Assembly (NCBI GenBank): GCA_051294375.1
Contig: JBJCIZ010000162.1
Span: 1-6,084 of the forward strand
DNA length: 6,084 bases
Reading direction: 5' to 3'
Source: Paraspadella gotoi
Taxonomy: Eukaryota; Animalia; Chaetognatha
Below are positions 1 to 6,084 of the stretch, piece after piece. Both the position numbers and the translations under genes were made by a program. Positions within the stretch are counted from its first letter, which is position 1. The number at the start of each line of letters is the position of its first letter. The notes below the pieces were generated by a model that saw only the letters and a list, made by a program, of their open reading frames with translations, had not been told where the DNA came from and made no database searches.

Positions 1-159
1 TAGATTTTACGTTAAATATGTACATTTATTGTTATTTTTTTTTTAAATTTGGAGATTTCGTAAAACTGCGGCGTTTTGACCAGGAGTCACGACTAAGTTA
101 CAAACAGTTTGCGAGAACCTTCACCTATTTGCCCAAAAGTTAACAGGCTTCATAATACG

Positions 160-555
160 AGTACTGAGGCGACTTACCACCGGTCTCTCTCTCTAAACCC
201 TTCCTCTCTCCTCTTTCTTTGAGCCGGTCTATCCACACGGTCACCTTGCCCTAGCTTTAGCAATGACCTTAGATTGACCGGACACAGTAATAGGGCCGAG
301 GAGACCGTAAGGTCAAGTTGGTCCGGGTGATGATAAAAGTGGATCAGGAGAGAGCTCGTCTCACTTCTTTTCTACTTCTCTTACATCGTCCGGACCAACT
401 TGACCTTACGGTCTCCTCGGCCCTATTACTGTGTCCGGTCAATCTAAGGTCATTGCCAAAGCGAGGGCAAAGTGACCGTGTGGATAGACCGGCTCGGAGA
501 AAGAGGAGAAAGGAAGACGAGAGAGAGACCGGTGGTGGTAAGTCGCCTCAGTACT
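160..555. mobile_element. Fold-back / MITE-like long inverted repeat
   Basis: 221-326 is the reverse complement of 390-495 (103/106 identical, perfect over 260-326). The outer arms AGTACTGAGGCGACTTACCACCGGTCTCTC match with a 3-bp indel, and the central ~63 nt is a diverged palindrome. Both ends lie in AGTACT, so the TSD could be TA, GTAC or AGTACT. Confidence 0.8.
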
Positions 556-773
556 ATAATATTGTCATTTTCGAACTATTCAAAATATTATTATTGCTGT
601 TAATTTTATGAAACTGTCCCATTACAAAAAAAAAGTTATCAAAATAATTTTTTTTTAATCTCTATTATTTTAATGGCACACAAAAAGAGAGTGGCAAGTT
701 ATAATATTTTTTTATGTAAAGACTCTATTAGCGGAAATTGTTTTGCGGACTTGATACTGCCATTCGAGGATGC

Positions 774-1029
774 TGTTACGGTTATAACGTTCATACTGAA
801 GAGACCGATAATTGTTGTGTTAATGACAGAACCGTTCAATATAAGCAGTCCCTGAGCTTCGGATCAGGCTGTAACACCATGTTACAGGCGGGTTAAGCGC
901 CCCGTCCCTCTTAACTGCTAGGCGACCACCGGGCTAGAACCCCGGACCTTTGGGTTGGGAGGCGAATGACTTGCCTCTGGCACCAATAGCCGCTGACGAA
1001 TGGTTGGTGGATTTTAGTCCACCATAATA
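774..1029 (-). mobile_element. tRNA-promoter-containing LTR-like unit (Helenus-like solo LTR, or tRNA-derived SINE)
   Basis: The minus strand has A box TGGTGCCAGAGG (985-974) and B box GGTTCTAGCCC (941-931), with starts 44 nt apart as in tRNA. The termini TGTTACGGT (774-782) and ACCATAATA (1021-1029) are a 7/9 inverted match. The 1029 boundary is supported by a second copy ending at the same base (4953). No TSD is visible. Confidence 0.65.
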
Positions 1030-2349
1030 CCATGATGGAAAAAAAAGTGGTTACTTTCCAGCTATTTTTGGCATTTTAATGTAAGAATTAAAAAATATGA
1101 TTTAAATATTAAAAAATTTTAACATTTTGTAATTTATAAGTTGTTTTATTTATGTATGATAAAAAATATAAAAGTTCTATGCAAAAGAATATAAGTTATT
1201 TAAAAAATGTTTTTCTTTTTTTTATATCTATACTTTTTATTTATACTATTTCTGGTTAATTTTTAATATTTTTTAAATTAAACCGTTATTATTAAAAAAT
1301 CCTTACTTTATTTTTTGTTTCATGTCATATGGTTATTGCATCATTTTTATTAAGTTAAATTCAGGGATAAATCTTAATCTATATATTAAAAAAATGGTAT
1401 TAAAAATATATTAATATTGTAAATATTTTAAAATATTTTTTATATTATAAAATATCAATAAAAGCTCTGGGTAACTTTTTTGTAAATAAAGTTATCATTT
1501 TTATTTACTTCGGAATATATATTCAAAATTAAGTATTAAACCCATTAAAAAAAGATAAAGATTTTGTTTAAAAAAAAATATTATATTATGCAGCAACAAT
1601 TCAAGCCTGGTTTATTTTATAAGGATTAATCTTTTTTATTATTTGTTAAAAATTATTTTTTATTTTAAATCTTATAAAACAAATTTGAGCAAACAATGTC
1701 AAATCTACCTATAATAATTTAGCAGTAATCAGTTGAATGGATAATAATCTCGCTATTTTTTTTTTATCTTTACAGATTATTAAAGATCAAAACAAATTAT
1801 AATAAATTTTTAAATAAATTTATTAGAGAATTGAAAAAGTTTTCGTTTAAAAAAATTTTTAAACTGAACAGATATGTTTTAACTTGTTTTACAATCCTTT
1901 ATCAGCGTTTTAACAGTTTGTTTTAAAATTTGTGCATAAGAAGGGAGGAGAGAGAGAGAGAATACGGTAAAAGTTTTTCAAAAAAATAGTGAGACAGAAT
2001 AGTGGTCAGATGAGAGGACAGGGTAAGGTGAGGACCGATTGAATAAGTTGTGAAGAAGTGAAACTTAAAGAGAGAGAGTCAACAGGGATAAATAATAAAT
2101 GATATATTGTGTAATATACAACAAAGATAAATGTTTTGAAAAACTAAAATTAGTGAAATTTAACAATTATCTAATGGATAAATAATAAAAAAAATAAAAA
2201 AATAAAATAAAATTTGTAAAAAATAAAATTCTCTAATCACTACTATCAACGAAAAAAAATAATATTTTATAATTTAAAAAAAAATTATTAAATATAATAT
2301 TTTAAATATTTTGTTTATTTTTATTTGTATAATTTTTTTAATTTATATA

Positions 2350-2635
2350 TGTAGTCGGGTATTGCCTAGGTTCACCCCGCCTAGAATCATAACACTTTCA
2401 GTTGTGACTCAGTGGCTCATTGAATAAAGCCATCAGCTCATGACCACTAGGTACCGGGTTCAATCCCAACCCGGTACCTACCCTGCGGGAAGCGTGAGGA
2501 CGGCTGTAATCCGCCTTGGGGGCATGGCAAACCCTCAAGCCTGGTTCCAAGCCCAGGGACCCATTCCATGGCTGTTAGAGCGGGTTATAGAAGTTACGGA
2601 CAGTCATCTTCAGCCCACTTAGCGCCTTATCCACA
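2350..2635 (+). mobile_element. Solo LTR with internal tRNA-like Pol III promoter (Helenus/TRIM-like)
   Basis: A 286-bp GC-richer block starting TGTAG and ending CCACA, flanked by TATA on both sides (2346-2349, 2636-2639). It has A box TGGCTCATTGA (2413-2423), B box GGTTCAATCCC (2457-2467) at 44-nt spacing, and AATAAA at 2423-2428. There is no poly-A or simple-repeat SINE tail inside the TSD. Confidence 0.75.
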
Positions 2636-2646
2636 TATATTTTTTT

Positions 2647-2714
2647 TTATTTGCATAACCTTTTAATTTGCATAACTGTTTTGACTTACATAACTTTTTT
2701 AACTTGTATACCTT
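2647..2714. repeat. Degenerate tandem repeat, ~17-18 bp unit x4
   Basis: Units: TTATTTGCATAACCTTT / TAATTTGCATAACTGTTT / TGACTTACATAACTTTTT / TAACTTGTATACCTT. Confidence 0.7.
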
Positions 2715-2940
2715 TAAAAAAAAATTTAAGCAAAAGTAATGTTTGATTTTTTTCTACACGTACAATTTTATCAAAACTTTATTCAGTTCAATCATAGTTT
2801 TTTACTTACTCATAAAATTTTATTCTAATCTATTCATTTAATCAGAAGTAATTGCAGTTTTTTATTAATAGGCTAAAAAACAAATGGATGTATAAATATT
2901 TATTTTTAATATTTATTATAATTCGAGGTTTTGATATAAT

Positions 2941-3146
2941 AAAAATGATTTACCAACAAGATTTTGGGGTGGGACCTACAGATTAACAAAATGGATTATA
3001 GAATTAAAATCTGTTTGTAGCAGATGTGATTAGAAATATTATGTTAAAGATATAATATTAATAATAATATGAGTAGTGCTTTAATCAAAGAAATGTGAAA
3101 ACAGTTAGAAATATTTGTATACATTAAATAATTTTATGCTATTGAA
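2941..3146 (+). pseudogene. hAT-family transposase remnant
   Basis: 2941-3030 translates KNDLPTRFWGGTYRLTKWIIELK, resembling the hAT D(V)xTRWNSTY..L..llElk motif. In another frame, 3081-3146 gives LIKEM*KQLEIFVYIK*FYAIE, resembling the following L..eeW..le.lv..L.PF segment with TGG>TGA. It lies inside the TIR pair. Confidence 0.45.
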
Positions 3147-3671
3147 AAATAATTTTTTTTATTTAATCTCAAAAAGGTTATATTATATATTAAACTTAAT
3201 GGTTAAAAAATATATTTGATAATAAAATTAACCGGCTTTTCAAAACCGCGACAACTTTTTTTCCATCATGGTACTTTCAGGATCGTCTGCCTCCGATTCA
3301 TGGGACTCGTATTTATTGACTTTTTATATTTGGATTTCTTATTTTAAGTTTACTTTTAGTATGTGCCTTATAATATATTTATACATCTCCGTCGTCTCCC
3401 GTATTTGATTTCATGATTGTAACAGTTTGTGTTTCATAGTGATTACTTTTATTAATTAGAATTTGCTCTAACGACGACTGTCTCTTGGTAGTCACCGCCT
3501 CCGACCCCGACCACGCCGAATCTCGTCTCGCTCAACGATGCCGCTTTCCGATGCCGGGATATAACTTTCCGGAGTTTTCAGTGAATCTCCGTCGTATTAC
3601 CTCCGTCGCTATCTTGGTTCCATTATTACGCGCCGCCGCCGTCGCCTCTTCCTGGGACTTGGGGGTGCCAC

Positions 3672-4391
3672 ACGCCTCGTTCACGTTCCGGCGATGGTCG
3701 CAATTGCGACGATCGATCCGTCACCAATAAACTCACCATAAATGCCCCGAGTGGCGACAAAGGTGACGAAGGACGGCGTACGGGGGGAGACAACCACCTT
3801 ACGGGGCAAACCACGGGATCGAAAGACCAGTCTGAATGAGTAGGAAGCCCTTCAATTTGACCTTATGCAATGGCGTCCGGAGTGCGAGGGACTCCATATT
3901 TCATTGGCTTGAACTTTGCTATGAACTTGGGCCTGTTTTTTCAGGGTCCTTAAAGCGACGCTGCCCAGGGTTTTTGTTTAGGTGAGAACGGTTTTTAATT
4001 CATTCTTTTATTTACTGAATTTGGTACAACCAATATAAAAATTATCCATTCATTTAGTAAATAAGCTATCATTATTCTTACAACATAATAATTTTATTGA
4101 GTTGGCTGCAATCAGGAGACCGTATTTACATGCTCCCCTTCCCCTTCCCAACCGCCTATCAGAGCGATTGTACTCTTCCTCGTCTTCGTGCTTTTGGCTC
4201 TTTTACGGCGTCCTTATCGTGCAAGAACGCTACAACAAGATCGTTTCTTATGCCGTGTCCCTCGTCGACGCCCTCATCTTTGTCCATTATCTCACCGTGG
4301 TACTGCTCGAACTTCATCACGTTTCCACAAAATACATCAAAATCTCAAGTTCGCCCGACAGAGAGCCGTTCGATAACAATGGGAAATTTAG
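3672..4391 (+). pseudogene. Vang: Van Gogh/Strabismus (Vang/VANGL) unprocessed pseudogene fragment: N-terminal tail plus TM2-TM4
   Basis: Collinear Vang motifs: RSRSGDGRNCDDRSVT..INAP (3678-3749); GETTT/LTG (~3784-3806, cf. DDNWGETTTAITGTS); PECEGLHISLA*TLL*TWACFFRVLKATLPRVFV (3877-3978, cf. CEGLFISxAFKLLILLIGTWALFFRxxxAxxPRVFVFRA); then after an intron RAIVLFLVFV and FWLFYGV..YNKIVSYAVSLVDALIFVHYLTVVLLEL..YIKI..SPD.E..N.G. There are multiple stops and frameshifts, and TM1 is missing. Confidence 0.9.
3982..4162 (+). other. Spliceosomal intron (181 bp, phase 2) within the Vang remnant
   Basis: AG|GTGAGA donor at 3982 and a pyrimidine-rich tract CTCCCCTTCCCCTTCCC..TATCAG acceptor ending at 4162. 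Joining restores the Arg codon AG|A of PRVFV(F)-R-AIVLFL. Confidence 0.75.
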
Positions 4392-4516
4392 GCAAGAAAA
4401 ATTTTTAAAAAATCGAGACAAAATTTTAAAAATTATTACTTTAAGACTCTTAATGATTTTTAAAATCTGACTGGTAGCCATAGTGTAATCCTTTTTTTCG
4501 TTGTGATTTAGAATTG

Positions 4517-4674
4517 TAGAAAAAACAAAGTTTTTATTTTTGTGTGACAAAACGATTTTATTAAACGTTAGCAGAACATGTTTTGGCTCGAAACAAGAGC
4601 CGAAACATGTCCTGCTAACGTTTAATAAAATCGTTGTTTTGTCACATAAAAATAAAAACTTTGTTTTCTCTCTA
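4517..4674. repeat. Long palindrome centred on a half hammerhead-ribozyme motif (Penelope-like pLTR remnant)
   Basis: 4522-4589 is the reverse complement of 4597-4667 (3 substitutions, one 3-nt indel) around a 7-nt loop GAAACAA. The centre reads GGCTC-loop-GAGCC-GAAACATGTC, followed by AATAAA at 4624-4629. The palindrome is certain; the Penelope origin is inferred. Confidence 0.75.
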
Positions 4675-4882
4675 AAATATGACTAAATATTTGTATAATA
4701 CTCTCTCTTCGCTTTTAGATGATATATTAATCTTTTTAAAATTGTTTGATATGTTTTTTTTTATGCAAAAGCAACTGCTCGGTTTTATCGGTTTTGAAGA
4801 AAAATGTTTTAATACTCGTTTAACTCTTATTTTAAGACAACAGTTAAAAATATTTTTGGAAGTACTTATTGTAGTTTAATAA

Positions 4883-4953
4883 TGCTTCTGGCAAGGAGTA
4901 CATTGCATTTTGGCTGCTGATGAACGGTTGGTAGATTTTAGTCCACCATAATA
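4883..4953 (-). repeat. Truncated second copy of the 774-1029 element terminus
   Basis: 4911-4953 matches 987-1029 at 38/43 (all transitions), and 4883-4893 matches 972-982 at 10/11. Similarity stops after CCATAATA in both copies. Confidence 0.85.
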
Positions 4954-5084
4954 GTATATATACCTTTAAGATTTTTTTATTCTGCAACAACCAAATACAA
5001 TTAGTTAATTAATAATCTGATCAACTGCTTACCGTTTATGATCGTTAACAGGTCCGGCATTTTAATATTTTTGATATTTTTCAC

Positions 5085-5116
5085 GGGTTTTCACGGGGTT
5101 GGGTGGGGGTTTTGGG
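5085..5116 (+). other. G-rich tract with G-quadruplex potential
   Basis: GGGTTTTCACGGGGTTGGGTGGGGGTTTTGGG has five runs of at least 3 G with 1-7 nt loops. Confidence 0.5.
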
Positions 5117-5571
5117 TTAAGAGTGTTAAGATAATTTGGTAATAATTTTTTTAATGTTTTATTAACGAAGTATTTTTAATTGGTTTTAAAAGACGCCAAA
5201 ACCCCGGTAAGCGAAAGTAAAATTTTGCCTTATTCACACAAAATTCAAAATAATTTTACAGAATCGAAACAATGGAGACGGACGTACCTCCCCCTCCTGG
5301 CCTTACTTCGCCGCGTTAAAGATGTGGAAAAATATTTTACTATCATACCTCAATTTGCTGTATGAGGCCATACCAAATATTGAGAATGTTTTACCCATAT
5401 TTTGTATACTTTTTATTGAATAAATGAATTATGTGATATACTTTTTTCCTAAATAGTATTATATTCGTCTCCTTGTTAGCATAGAAAATATAAAACAATT
5501 TTCTACAGTAAAACAGATTGCTCGTTGCGTGGTTTAAAAGTTATTAAAAAAACAATCAACCAAAAAATAGA

Positions 5572-5949
5572 TTTATTGGCGACAACGATTCAAGTTCTCG
5601 TCAACGAGATCACCAAGATTCTCGAATCTCGACTCTTAAAGATCTCAAGAAACTTAAAATATGGCAGATTTTTGTGACTTCAGCCTCACCAACCAACGAG
5701 CAGAATAGCGAGCCAACCAATTTCTTTCCTACTTCGAAAAATCGAAAGTCACTTTGAAGGCGACTTTCTCTGCCGACGATTGCGTCGGCCACTCCGTTGA
5801 GAAAGGAGTCGGCGACAACTTCCTTCTGTGAAACCTCTCCAAGTTGTCTCTTAAACTGCACCGGCATTCTCTTCTGCATCCGCGGCAGAATCTGCGTCGG
5901 CAAGGAAGTCGACTTTTTCAACTGCTTAACCCCTAACCCCGGTCGGTGA
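5572..5949 (+). pseudogene. Unidentified decayed coding-like segment
   Basis: A GC-enriched island with C-ending codon bias on +. It reads as interrupted peptides: ..TIQVLVNEITKILES.. / ..QFLSYFEKSKVTLKATFSADDCVGHSVEKGVGDNFLL* / NCTGILFCIRGRICVGKEVDFFNCL. No family was recognised. Confidence 0.3.
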
Positions 5950-6084
5950 AAGTAAAATTAACCCCCAATTTGTATTAAATTATTATCCAATCACTTATTT
6001 AGGTTTTATCAGTAATCATATCACCTTATTCTCTTATAAATTCGTTTCTTATATCAACATTTTCTTTCCGTAGTCAGCTCCGTA

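Larger units (their letters stand above)
1030..3271. mobile_element. Decayed non-autonomous TIR DNA transposon (probably hAT-derived)
   Basis: TIR CCATGATGG(A8)GTGGT at 1030-1051 matches the reverse complement CCATGATGG(A7)GTTGT at 3251-3271. TA flanks both sides, there are subterminal AACCG motifs at 3230-3248, and there is an internal hAT-like peptide remnant. No 8-bp TSD was found. Confidence 0.6.

Noticed and set aside
318-611. 97-aa ORF
   Set aside because: It has a non-ATG start, lies in one arm of the fold-back repeat, and gives a low-complexity translation.
993-1029. CTGACGA (and CTGATGA at 4917-4923) followed by a hairpin, resembling a hammerhead core
   Set aside because: The stem is followed by AATA rather than GAAA, and no stem III or cleavage triplet can be formed.
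1938-2090. Purine-rich (GA)n-containing tract as a polypurine tract or regulatory element
   Set aside because: It is not adjacent to either LTR-like unit and has no definable boundaries; it is simple low-complexity sequence.
2405-2480. Possible functional tRNA gene (also 920-990 on -)
   Set aside because: A and B boxes are present, but there is no convincing acceptor stem or cloverleaf and no nearby oligo-T terminator. Both lie inside repeat units.
2647-2714. Short repeats as a CRISPR array
   Set aside because: The units are contiguous and degenerate with no unique spacers, and the context is eukaryotic.
4423-4467. 16-bp AT-rich inverted repeat
   Set aside because: It is almost entirely A/T, so it is expected by chance at this composition.
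4102-4470. 122-aa ORF as an intact CDS
   Set aside because: It starts at TTG inside the intron, only ~4192-4391 is Vang-like, and it runs on into AT-rich non-coding sequence.
5610-5921. 103-aa minus-strand ORF
   Set aside because: It has a non-ATG start and no recognisable motif. Codon bias favours the + strand, so it is probably an antisense shadow.

Overview
This is AT-rich eukaryotic DNA, most likely from an invertebrate animal genome, with no intact protein-coding gene. None of the supplied ORFs is a functional CDS, although 4102..4470 overlaps a real gene remnant. The window is a nest of decayed mobile elements around an intron-retaining Van Gogh/Strabismus (Vang) pseudogene fragment (~3672-4391). 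Other elements: (1) a 396-bp fold-back element (160-555); (2) two different LTR-like units with internal tRNA-type Pol III promoters (774-1029 on -, and 2350-2635 on + with TG..CA ends and a TATA 4-bp TSD), resembling Helenus-type TRIM solo LTRs; (3) a ~2.2-kb TIR DNA transposon relic with hAT-like peptide remnants (1030-3271); (4) a ~150-bp palindrome centred on the stem II + GAAA/GUC half of a Penelope-type minimal hammerhead ribozyme (4517-4674). All homology calls come from motif recognition by eye, not database searches.
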